A DNA stretch of 64,000 nucleotides from Geosiphon pyriformis uo1 (Eukaryota; Fungi; Glomeromycota). Below are positions 1 to 12,905 of this stretch, piece after piece; within the stretch, counting starts at the first letter, position 1; each line of letters opens with the position of its first letter. The DNA lies in contig JAAOMT010000134.1 in NCBI GenBank assembly GCA_016748015.1, positions 440,757 through 504,756 on the forward strand, written 5' to 3'. A model generated the notes under the pieces. That model was not told the DNA's origin. It saw only the letters and a list, made by a program, of their open reading frames with translations, and made no database searches. The translations under genes and the position numbers were made by a program.

Positions 1-3000
1 CAATGGTTTGAATGGTTTCCGAAGTTGTCTTTGATTTAATTTTTTCTAACGCAACTTTTTGCTCTTCACGTGAGTGCCAAGCCAAGCCGCCAATAGTCGT
101 AGCGACACCAGTAGCAAGTCCAAGTCCAAGAATAGCACTCTTTGAGAACCATGACTCTCTTTCCTTTTCCTCATTCTTTTTTGTTATTTTTTCCTCTAAA
201 TGAACTTCATTGACTTTAGCTGCGGTTTGAGCAACTTCTTTATGCGTTACCTTCTCTACCACAAATGTTTCAGAGACCTGCAAAATTTCTTCCTCTAATT
301 TGGCGTCTTTGATCTCCAAGCTTAGGTATTTTCGGGCTTCGTCATATTTTGTTTGCCAGTGCGAATCGTGAACAGAAGCCTTCTTCAGATATGCAAGTGT
401 GACGGCAGTTGTCCACCATGAGGCGTTTGCGGATTTCTTGAGCCGTTCACTGGTCGCATATTGCTGGATGGAGGTCACTAAAGTTTCAGACGATGAGACA
501 TCCAATTTTTCAGAAATCACTTTATTCAACTCAAAGGAACCATCAGTTTTCTGTGAGGAGAGGATAATGTCAGTGGTTTCAAGGGTAGTTTTAGAAGCGA
601 CATCATTCAGGACAGCTTTTTGAGTTTCTTGAGATTTGGAGGCTTTCTTGATAACTTCCTTCTGAGTAGCTTTCTCAACTACGAATTTATCCGAAACTTG
701 AAGGATTTCCTCCTCTAATTTGGCATCACGAATTTCGAGACTCAAATACTTGCGAGCTTGATCATATTGGGATTTCCAATTAGCTTCATGAGCAGTCGAA
801 GTTTGCTTCAAATAGGCGAGAGTAACAGCGGTTGTCCACCAGGAAGCCTTTGAAGATTTTTTAAGCTTTTCACTAACTTCATATTTTTGAATGGAGCTAA
901 CTAAAGTTTCCGAGGAGGAGATGTCCAAATCTTCGGATACGACCTTGGTTAAATGGAATGAGCCGTCAGTTTTTTGGGCGGACACGATGCTCTGGGTGGT
1001 TTCCGCTGTTGTCTTGGATTGTATCTTAGCAATGGCAGCTTTTTGTTCTTCATGCGAATGCCATGTAAAACCACCTATAGCCGCCGTGGCAGCCGTGGCG
1101 ATACCTAGGCCGAGAACAGTACCCTTAGACAACCAGGATTCGCGTTCTTTCTGTTCTTTTTGTTGATTCAATTTTTGACCGAGATGCTCTTCGTGAACTT
1201 TGGTCGCAGTTTGAGAGACAGTTTTGAGGGTGACCTGTTCAATTACATAGGTATTTGATGCTCGCAGAATCTCCTCTTCCAATTTCGTGTCTTTGATCTC
1301 AGCGCTAAGATATTTTCGAGCCGCTTCGTATTTGGCTTTCCAGATAGAATCATGCGCAGCAGAAGTGTTCTTTAGGTAAGCAATAGTAATGGCCGTCGTC
1401 CACCATGAAGATTTAGCAGATTTCTTGAGCGTTTCGCTAGAAGTGTATTGATTAACTGACGCTATTAAATTATCAGACGAGGAAACGTGAAGTTGATCCG
1501 AAATCACTTTGTTTAATTCAAATGAGCCGTCAGTTTTTTGAGAAGAAATAATGGACTGAGTGGTTGCAAAAGTTGTGTCCTTGGAAATTTGCTTCAAAAC
1601 AGCTTCTTGAGTTTCCTTGTGCTGGGACGCACCAGTGACAATGACTTTTTTGGTAATTTTTTCAACAACAAACGTCTCAGAAATGTGCAAGATTTCTTCT
1701 TCTAGTTTTGCGTCATTGATTTGTGAACTAAGATACTTTCGGGCTTCATCGTGCTTAGCTTTCCAGACAGAATCATGAGTCGAGGAGGTTTTTTGAAGGT
1801 AAGCAAGGGTAACTGCAGTTGTCCACCACGAGGCTTTTGCTGAATTTTTAAGCTTTTCACTGATCTCATACTTTTGTACTGAAGCAACCAGTTTTTCGGT
1901 GGATGAAATGTCGAGCTGCTCGGCGATAACTTTACTCAATTCAAAAGATCCATCAGTCTTGTGAGATGACACAATTTTTTCAGCGGTCTCGACACTTGTT
2001 TTTTTCTCCACCTCTTGCAGAGCGGCTTTCTGTTTCTCGTGCGAGTGCCAAGCAAGACCTCCTAGAGCAGCGATACCTCCAGCAAGACCAAGGCCGGTAT
2101 ATATAGCTTTCTTAGATAGAGAAGATTCCTTTTGCGTCTCCTCGTCTTTTGTCACTTTTTGGATCTCTTGCTTTTTAGTATCTAGATGTTTTTCGTTCAC
2201 ATTGGAAGCGGCACTGGAAACGGCTTGATGAGTAATTTGTTCAACGACAAATTTTTCCGATACCTGTAGAATTTCTTCTTCTGCTTGGGCATCGTTAATC
2301 TCGGCGCTAAGATATTTCCTTGCCTGGTCATATTTCTCTTGCCAGTGCGAGTCATGAGTATATGAAGTTTTCTTGAGGTATGCAAGTGTGACTGCAGTCG
2401 TCCACCATGATGATGACTTTGAGGATTTTGTTAATTTCTCAGTAGTAACGTATTTTTGAACCGATGACAAAAGTGTTTCAGTAGAAGAGATGCCAATGTG
2501 TTGTGATACTGATTTGCTCAATTCAAACGAACCGTCTTGCTTTTGAGTTGAAACGATCGATTGAACTGTTTCAACGTTGGTATGTTTTGCAATAGCTTCA
2601 ATTACCGCTGTTTGCGTTTCTTGAGACTGGGAAGCCTTTTTAACGAGTGCTTTTTGGGTTGCTTTTTCAGCGAAAAACCTCTCAGAGACTTCTAGGATTT
2701 CTTTTTCTAAACGAACATCTTTAATCTCGTTGGTGAGATATTTTCTCGCTTGATCGTATTTGGCTTGCCAAACGGAATCATGAGCTGCTGAGGTATGTTG
2801 AAGATAGACAATAGTAACGCTAGTCGTCCACCACGAAGCTTTTGCAGATTTTTGAAGTTTTTCACTGATATGATATTTAGAAATTGACGATACAAGTGCT
2901 TCAGTAGAAGATACATCAAGCTGCTCGGCAATCACTTTGCTCAACTCGAAAGAACCGTCCGTTTGATGCGACGAAAGAATCTTTTGAGCAGTTTCTACCG

Positions 3001-6000
3001 TTGTTTCGTTCTTAAGATCAGTCAGAGCAACCTTTTGCTCTTCATGAGAGTGCCAGTCTAAGCCATGACCACTTATAGTTCCAACTCCTACAGCACCGAG
3101 GGCACCCAATGCTACCTTAGAAATTTGTTCCTGTTTCTCTTTAGCCTGCGTTTCTTTGATCACCAAATGTTCTTCGTGAGCCTTAGAGGCAGTGTGAGAA
3201 ACAGCTTTCTGGGTTACCTTTTCTACAACGTAGGTCTCAGACACTTGAAGAATTTCCTCCTCTAATTGAGCATCGTTGACTTCGAGGCTTAGGTACTTTC
3301 GGGCTTGATCATAATTGGCTCGCCAAACCGAATCATGCTCCTTTGCAGTTTGGTTGAGATAGGCGATTGTGACAGCGGTCGTCCACCAGGATGACTTTGT
3401 GGATTGTTTTAACTTTTCACTTTTAGCGTAACTTTGTATCGAAGTCACCAAATTTTCAGAAGAGGAGACATCAAGCTTTTCGGAGATTACTTTGCTTAAT
3501 TCAAACGAACCATTAGACTTTTGGGAATTGACAATAGTTTTGGTAGTATTGACGTTGGTATGTTTGGCGATTTCGTTAAACACAGCTTTTTGAGTATCCT
3601 GAGATTTGGAAGTTTCCTGGATAACCGCTTTTTTAGTCACCTTTTCCACGACAAACGTTTCCGACACCTTCAATATTTCTTCCTCCAATTGAGCATCATT
3701 AATTTCGACGCTTAGGTATTTCCTCGCTTCATTGTACTTTGATTGCCAAACAGAGTCATGAGCTGACGCGGAATTCTTGAGATAAGCAAGGGTAACAGCT
3801 GTTGTCCACCAAGAAGATTTTGCTGATTTTTTTAGTTTCTCGCTAGACTGGTAATTAGAAATTGAGGACACCAGTGTTTGCGAAGACGACACGTCAAGCT
3901 CTTGCGATAATACTTTGCTCAATTCGAATGATCCGTTCTGTTTCTGCGAAGTGAGGATAGTTTGCGTGACATCAACTGAGGTCTTTGATTGAAGCTCATT
4001 AATAGCGGCCTTTTGCTTTTCGTGCGAGTTCCAAGCAAATCCACTGCCAATAGCTGCGATTCCACCAAGGCCAAGGCCAACTAAAGCACCTTTCGATAAT
4101 AGAGAATCACTTATCTTTTTTGATTCTTCTTTCTTTGAGATTTTTTCTTCGAGATGAGCTTCCTGTGCTCGAGCCGAAACATCGGTGATAGTTTTGTGGG
4201 TTACTTTTTCAACAACAAATGTCTCCGAGACGTTTAGAATCTCTTCCTCTAACTTAGCGTCCTTAATCTCTGTACTAAGATAATGCCTAGCTTTCTCATA
4301 TTTCTCTTGCCAATGGGCATCGTAAGCAGATGAAGTTTTCTTTAGGTAAGCAAGAGTGACAGCGGTTGTCCACCATGAAGATTTGACAGATTTCTTTAGC
4401 GTCTCACTAGTAGCGTATTTTTGCACCGACTCTACGAGGACTTTATCAGAAGAAATTCCGATGCGCTCCGAGACCACTTTACTTAATTCAAAAGAGCCAT
4501 CATTCTTTTGAGAAGAAATAACGGATTTGGTATCTGAAATTGTTGTATTTTGAGCGATTTCATTTATGACTGTTTCCCGAGTTTCTTTAGTCTTCACAGC
4601 ATTATCCACAATAACTTTTTGAGTTATTTTTTCGACGACAAAGTTTTCAGAGACGTGGAGTATTTCTTCTTCCAATCGAGCATCTTTGATCTGAAGGCTC
4701 AGATATTTCCTAGCTTCATCGTGTTTGGCTTTCCATACAGCGTCGTGAACTGACGTGGTTTTGTTTAAATAGGCTAGGGTAACAGCTGTGGTCCACCATG
4801 AAGTCTGAGCCGACCTCCGAAGCTTCTCACTGATTTCATATTTATGAATGGAGGAAACTAAAGTTTCAGAGGAAGAAACATTGAGATTTTCAGAGACTAC
4901 CTTACTCAAATCGAAGGAACCATCATGTTTTTGTGAGGAGAAAATGTTCAAAGATGTTTCCTCATTAGATTTAGATTGGATTTCGGTCAGAGCAGCCTTT
5001 TGTTTTTCGTGAGAGTGCCAGGCGAGACCACCTACGGCAGCAGCAACTCCTGCAGCCCCGATACCAAGTATTCCCGCTTTTTTCTCCCAGAAGTGAGTGT
5101 CCTTTTGATCTTTCTCATTAGTTTTCTTATTTTTAATATTTTCCAACACCGATTGCTGATTCTGTTGGTTTTGAACTACTGACTTTGTGACCCTTTCAAC
5201 CACGTATTTCTCCGAGACTTCAATCACTTGCTGTTCTAACGTAACGTCTTTGATTTGTTGACTCAAATAATGACGACCTGATTCGTAGTGCTTGCTCCAA
5301 TGAGATTCATGATGACCGAGCACCTTTTTGAAATAAGCGAGCGTTATGGCCGTTTTCCAGATAGAAATGTCGAGCTCTTGCGCTCTTTTGTGAGTAACCC
5401 TGGCTTGTAGTGATTTAGAGATGTTTTCAGTGTCTTTAATCGAAAGATGTTGAATGATAGAGTGTTCAAGTTCAAAAGACCCATTTTCTCTTTGTGCTTT
5501 GATAATTGTTTGAGTTTTTTCAATTGTAACATCTTTTCGAACGGATTCGATTACAACCGCTTTCGCTTGTTGACTTACGACTTGATGTGTAGCCTTTTCG
5601 ACAACAAATCTGTCGGTTGTTGCGAGCAGTTCCTTTTCAAGTTCAGCATCTCCAATCTGAACACTCAAATATTGTTTTGCTCGTCCGTATCTCTCTCTCC
5701 ATTCCACCTCATCATTGGATCCAGCAATTTTCAAATAGCTGAGGGTAACAGCCGTTGTCCACCAAGAAGCTTTTGCGGTTTCCCGGAGCCTCTCACTGTG
5801 GGCATAGGCTTTGACGGACGAGATTAGTGTTGTCGAGGAGTTGACGTCCAGCTCTTTTCTCAACACATCATTGACTTCAAAAGATCCATCTTCTCGTTGA
5901 CTTGAGACGACCGATTGAGCGATTTCTTTGGTAACACGTGATTTGACTGTTGAGACGGCATTCTGATGTTGAACTTGAAGGACTTTCTGAGTTCTTTTGG

Positions 6001-9000
6001 CAATTACATATTCGTTTGTCGCCTTGAGAATTTCTTCTTCTAGCCTTACGTCATTGATTTGTGTGCTCAAATACTTTCTGGCCCGTTCATATTTCTCGTT
6101 CCACTCGATCTGATTGACAGACGAAGAAGATGTTTTGAGATAACTAATGGTGACTGCGGTTGTCCACCAAGAGGCTTTAGAGGATTTCTTGAGTTTTTCG
6201 CTAATGGCGTATTTCCGAGCCGAGATGATTAAAGTTTCAGCAGAAGAGACGTCAAGTTCTTTAGAAATCGATTCGTGGAGCTCAAATGATCCATCTTCCT
6301 TTTGCTTCGATATCACAGATTGGATCGTTTCGGTACTGGTTTGTGACGAGACTAAAATGCGAGCAGCCTGTTGTTGGGTCAATTTCTCGGCACGAATCGT
6401 CTTGTAGGTAGTTTTTTCCACTACAAATTTTCGCGAAGCTTCCAAGATCTCCTCTTCCAATTTTACGTCGTTTATTTGGGTGCTTAAATATTTCCTTGCC
6501 GATTCATATTTCTCTTTCCAGTGCTCTTCGTGCGCGGATGAGGTGGTTTGCAAGTAGCCGATAGTGATGGCCGTTGTCCACCATGAGGCCTTTGTTGTTT
6601 TCTTAACTTTCTCACTTACCGCGTAAGATTTAACAGAGGTGACTATGGTTTCAGAAGAAACGTCGAGCTCCTCAGTTATAATTTTACTCAGCTCAAAAGA
6701 ACCATCGGATTTCTGAGAGGAAACTATAGATTTTGTCACTTCCACGGAGGTTCTGGATTGAATCGTCGCTAAAGCTACACGCCTTTCACTGGTCTTTTGC
6801 TCTTGGATTACCTTTTGTGTTGATTTTTCATTTACGAATTTTGACGACGCTACAAGAATTTCTTCTTCTAATCTAGCATCTCCAATTTGCGTGTGAAGAT
6901 AATTTTTACCCGCTTCATATTTTTCACGCCAGTGTGTCTCGTGGGCGGATGCATTATTTTTCAGGTAGCTTAGAGTAACGGCTGTCGTCCACAAGGAAGC
7001 GTTTGTTGATCGTTTGAGCTTCTCGCTAATTGCGTAAGATCTTACAGCGGTTATCAATGTTTCAGATGAGGAGACGTCAAGTTCTTTGGACACAGTTTGG
7101 CTTAGATGGAAAGATCCATCTTGCTGTTGCGTGGCCACAACAGCCTGTGTAGTTTCAAGTGTAGTTCTAGATTGAATCTTTAGTAGAGCGTTTCGTTTTT
7201 CTTCCTTTTTTTGTCTCCTGGCAACCTTATAAGTAGTTTTTTTGACTACAAATTTGTGAGAAGCTTGCAAAATTTCCTCTTCTAACTTTGTATTTTGAAT
7301 CTGGAGGTGAAGATAATTACGTCCTGCCTCGTACTTTTCTCTCCAATGTTCTTCGTGAGCCGAAGCATAATATTGGAGGTAACTCAAGGTGACAGCGGTG
7401 GTTATCCAAGAAGATTTGACATTTTTCTTCAGTTGCTCGCTAAACCCATACGATTTTACGGAGGTGGTCAATGATTCAGAGGATGAAACATCAAGCTCAT
7501 GGGATATTATTTCACTGAAAGTGAATGAACCGTCTTTTTGTTGTGAAGTGATCACGGCTTGGGTAGTCTCAACGGACGTTTTGGATTGAACGGCAACTAT
7601 AGCAGTCTGCTTGGCAACCTTTCTTTGCTTCCGGATCACCCTATAAGTGGCTTTCTTCACGACCAATTTAGACGAGACTTTTAAAATCTCTTCTTCAAGT
7701 TTGGCATCGTTAATTTCCGTACTAAGGTATTTCCTAGCTGCTTCGTATTTTTCTTTCCAGTGTTCTTGATGAGCGGAAGCGTTATACTTGAGATAGCTTA
7801 AGGTAACAGCGGTAGTGTACCAAGATTCTTTTGCAGAATGCTCAAGTTTCTCGCTGATTCCATAGGATTGTAAAGAAGTGACCAAGGTTCGAGAAGATGA
7901 GATATCAAGTTCCCGGGAGATTTTCTCACTGAATTTAAATGATCCGTTCTGCTCTTGAGTTGCAATTATTGCTTGAGTTGTCGCAACGGTAGTCTCTGAT
8001 TGAACTGTTGATAATGCGGTTTGCTTTTCAGTCTTCTTTTGTTTGTGAATGGCTTTTGCCGTAGTCTTTTCCAAAACATATTTATAAGAAGCTTTTAGGA
8101 TTTCTTCTTCTAATCCGACATTTTTGATTTGACTACTGAGATATTTCCGTGCAATCTCTGATTTAGACCTCCATTCGGATTCGTGGGAAGAAGCCGTGAT
8201 TTCAAGATAACTGATGGAAACGGCGGTTGACCACCATGAGAGATTTGTAGATCTTTTGAGGCTTTCACTCACTACGTAACCATGAGTTGAAGTGATCAAT
8301 GTCTCTGAGGATACAGACAGATGTTCCGAGACTTGTTTGCTGAGTTCAAAAGATCCATCTTGTTTTTGTGCGGAAATAACCGATTGTACCGTGTCGATGG
8401 AAGTCTTTGACTGGATGTACGAGATCGCATCGCCTCTTTCTGTTTTTCGTTGTTTACGAATAATTCTGTTTGTAGTTTTCTCCAATACGTATTGGCTTGA
8501 GACTTTGAGCAACTCGGCCTCCAACTTCGCATTGTTGACTTGAGAGCTAAGCCATTTCAAGGCAGTTTCATAGCTTGTCTTCCAATGACTTTCGTGACGG
8601 GAAGCGGAAAGTCTAAGGTAATTAAGAGTGACAGCCGTTGTCCACCAAGAGACTTGCGCAGAGTTTTTCAGCTCTTGGCTTACAGAACCACCTGTACTGA
8701 TTGAAGAAATCAATGTTTCAGAAGAAGATACCTCAAGTTCTTTGGAAATTGTTTGGCTGAAATTGAAGGACCCTTCGGCTTTTTGAGAATTCACAATAGA
8801 TTGTGTAGTTTCAATCGTCGTCTTCGATTCCAAGTGGATAAGGGCAGTGGCACGTTGTTTACGTACAATCTTCTTTGTCGCCCTATCCAGGACGAACTTG
8901 TGGGCAGTCTCCATAATCTCCTCTTCAAGTTTAGCATTATTTATTTGACCACTCAACCACCTGTTTGCATGCTCATATTTTTCTTTCCAATAAAGTTCAT

Positions 9001-9650
9001 GTTGAGAAGAGGAAATCTTAAGGTAACTGAGAGTGACAGCGGTAGACCACAAGGATGCTTGCGTTACTGACTTGATGTTTTCGTTCAAACTGTAAGAATG
9101 AATTGAAGCTGTTAATGTTTCATTAGAAGAAATGTCCAATTTTTTAGAGATGACTTCATTCAATTCGAAATGTCCTTCTTCTTTATACGATGAGATAATA
9201 GATTGAGTTTTTTCAAGAGATTGTGACGTTTGAATGGCAATCTGCGTCAGTCTCGATTGTTTTTTAATAAACGTGGCGGAAGCTCGTTCAAGTACATAAC
9301 GATGAGATATCTCGAAGATTTCTTTTTCGAGTTCAGCATTGTTAATCTGCGAACTCAACCACCGTCGAGAACTTTCATAATCCTTCTTCCAATAGGATTC
9401 ATCATTGGCGGCTACAATCTGAAGGTAGCTGAGGGTGACGGCGGTGGTCCACCAGGTTTCTTTGGCAGAAGTCTTTAAACGTTCACTAACTCCATATGAA
9501 TGAATTGATGAAACCAATGTTTGTGAGGAGGATACATCAAGTTTCTTGATGATGGTCTCGCTTAGTTCAAAATGTTCTTGTCTCTTATGATAAGTAAGTA
9601 TCGATTGGGTTTTTTCGACAGTGTGATAAGTTTGAATAGCGATAATAGCG
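1..9650 (-). repeat. Coding tandem array of 21 full ~135-aa helical repeats: 11 plain units of ~400-415 bp, then 2-unit higher-order blocks of ~990 bp
   Basis: Anchor motif (plus-strand gtccacca = W-W-T, or variants) at about 411, 835, 1397, 1821, 2399, 2825, 3381, 3803, 4367, 4791, 5355, 5757, 6162, 6575, 6986, 7400, 7815, 8228, 8640, 9045 and 9447. Confidence 0.92.
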
Positions 9651-12600
9651 GTTGTCTGCTGTTGTTGCCGAGCTGAAATTTGTGTTTTTGATTCATTCAC
9701 AACACTACTTGATCCAACGGAGTGAGTTTGTGATTGCTGTTGTTCGTGTTTACTAAAAACTGCTGCTGCTGCTGCTGCTGCTGCGACGGCGTCATGAGTT
9801 TGCGATTGCTGATGTTCTTGTTGATCTGAAGTTTGTACTTGATCGAGTAGGTTTTCTTGTTCAATCGATTTACTTTTATTCTGAATGTCGGACACGAAAC
9901 TTTGATCGGCTGTGAAGGCCGATTCATCAACCTGATACCTTTCAACAATAAATTTTTTGGCACTTTCTTGTATCTCCGCTTCCAATCGAGCATCACCGTT
10001 CAATTGTTTTTGTAACCATTTAGTTGATTTTTCGTAATTCGAGATCCATTCATCTCTATAATCAATGGCGACCAATCTCCAATACCAAAGGCTAACTGCG
10101 GTGACCCAAACATTAACATGAACCTTGTTGACCTCTTCAGTGGTAAAATAACTCTTGAGATGGGTTGTGAAAGTCTCTGAATTTTCGAAGCCATAAAAGT
10201 TAACAGTGTTGTTGTCCAAAGAATATGCGCCTTCTTCGGACTGGTAGGCGATAAAACGATAAACATAACGAGCAGTAATGATCTTTCGTGTCACAATCTT
10301 GTTGGTGATTGCTTTTGAAAGATTTTTGAAAAAGGGAGATATATTATTAGAAATTGCAAATAAGGAGAGAAACAAAAGTTAATTCTATACATTAATCCGA
10401 GATAAGAAGAATGTAGAGATACCTTTGGTTATGAAGAGTTCTTGTCCTTCCTCAAATTCTGTAACGTTGAATCGGTCTACGATAAATTTTTTGGTGATTT
10501 CGAATAAACGATCTTCAAGATCAATATCATAAACTTCTCGGCTTATCCAATGCTCGCTCTTCTCAATGATTTGAGTCCATTCGCTACGATGTTTCCAGAA
10601 TAAGATTTTCAGATGAGTGGTGACTAGAGCAGTTGACCAGACGGATAAATCCAGGCTAAGCAAGCGCTCCTCATGTCCAACATATTTCCTGAAACTGGCA
10701 TCAAGTTCATCTTGAGATTTGAAGTTGAAAAATCGCGCCAGTCTATCGGAGAATTCGAAGGACCCTTGGCTTTCACGTAAACTGATGAGGGTGTAAAGGT
10801 GGCGAGAGGTTATCGTATCCTTATTGAGGACAAAGCCTTCTTCCCAAGTCACGCCAGTAGCAAAGAATTGAGCGTCGAAATTTAATTGTCCTTGCGTATC
10901 TTTTCCGGAAACAGATTGGAGATTCACCCAGTGATTTTCTATAACTTTTGCACTATCAAATGATTTATCTTCCAGTTGGATGATTAGATCATTGGAGTTG
11001 AGCACATAGTAACCAAGTGAGACATCAGAAACGAAAAGACTAGAGTCAAAAATCTCTAGTGTTATTTCCTCGCCAGCATAATGAATAGGGACATAATGAA
11101 CTTCGTCAAACACCGGATTCACAGTTGAATGCACGGCTAGTGTACGAGCAATTTCTTTTGTGTCTCCGCCAAGAACTTTGACATAAGGATCTGTATGACC
11201 GTTGAAAAGGCCTTCAGGCTTCTGAAGATTTTTGGCTTGATGCAGTTTAATTTTGATTACTCCAATTACATCATCCTGATCAGGTAAGGTAACAGGGGCA
11301 GCATCAGGAGCGGGAAGATCTTCAACAACGGTATTTAAGGTAGATTTGAAAGATTCATCTTCTCGAATAGTTTTCTCGTCTACTTGATACCTCTTAATGA
11401 CGTATTGTCTAGCTGCTTCGTAAACCTCTTTTTCAGTCTGTTCGTCTTTGACTTGTTCCCTAATCCATGTTGAAGATTTTTGATAAATGTTTGCCCACTC
11501 GCTGCGATGATCTACTAGCACGTAACGGAGATACCAAATCAAAACGGCGGTACTCCAAACGTGAACATTAAGTTGAGCAATTTTTGAATTGGAAGTAAAG
11601 TGAGCGGAGAGATGTTTGTGTGCCTCCTCAGTAGAAGTGAAACCAAGTGACTCTGCCAGCTGGGTATCCAATTCAAATGAGCCTTGCTTCTTTTGATAGG
11701 AGATAAAACGGCGGACGACACGGATGTTTACTTGACGACGGGTAATAATTGTCGTTGTGGTTTTGACTAAATGAACACAATAATAATAATCAAACGAGAG
11801 ATACAAAAAGATTTTGAATGAGTCAATATGATTCATGTAATAATAAAAAGAAATGGAGGAGGGGAGGGAGGAGGAGGAGGAGGAGGAGGAATTATCGATT
11901 ATTATTTTTATTTTTTTTTACCTGTAGTGTATAACTTCTCTTCGTGCTCTTTATCTTGGAAACTGGTGATATTGAAGCGTTTGATGACATAACTGTTAGA
12001 ATATGCATACAACTTCTCTTCAATATTAATGTCATTAATGTTTTCGTTTAGCCAAGTTTCACTCTTGGCATGGAAAGTCAACCATTCAGACCGATGGGTC
12101 CATAGTAATGCTTTCAGGAAAGAAGTGACGAGAACAGTTCCCAATATATCTTCATCCAGGCCGCGTAGACTCTGGTCAGATTGAAGGTGTACTCGGAAAG
12201 ACTCGATTAACTCTTGCCTTGAGGAGAAATTGAAAAGCTGTGACAATTGGTCATTCACTTCAAATTCACCATTTGGTCGCTGAAGAGTAATAATAATATA
12301 AAGGTGACTTTTGGAAATAGTGGTGGATGAAATTTCTTGATTCTGAGATCCAGCGAATCCACCCAAGGGTAAGAAATCAGCCGTGAGCTTCAATTGTCCC
12401 TTTTGGGATTTTTGATAAATTAATTTGACCCATTGGTCGAAATGTTTTTCTTGAATACGTCCATCAGCGCGACGAGAAACAAGATCTTTTAACTCCAAAG
12501 TGTACGTGCCCAGGAGGGTGTGCTTGAAAAATGCATTATAATCGTTAACGGTGAATAGGAATTTTTGCTGAAGGTCGTGAACTGGTACGTAAAAAACTTC

Positions 12601-12828
12601 ATTCCATCTCGGGTTAAGGTTGTTATACTGAACATTGGTTTCACCATATTGCCAGCCGGAATTTAAATCGGTGATAACAACATAAGGATCAGAGGCACCA
12701 CCTGCCCACCAGGAATCGGCTGAAGGCAATTTTCTGGCATTTTCAACGAAAACACGCACGATACCTATTGATTTCGGAGGATCTATAATTTATTTTGCAA
12801 AAAATCCGTTAAAATCATGTAGTAGTAG

Positions 12829-12905
<77 letters not shown>

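Noticed and set aside
12-9478. Many short plus-strand ORFs and off-frame minus-strand ORFs in the track
   Set aside because: They are shadows of the giant minus-strand exon, and their periodicity mirrors its repeats.
9697-9996. Apparent poly-Gln ORF
   Set aside because: Wrong frame; in the true frame the (GCA)n run encodes poly-Ala.
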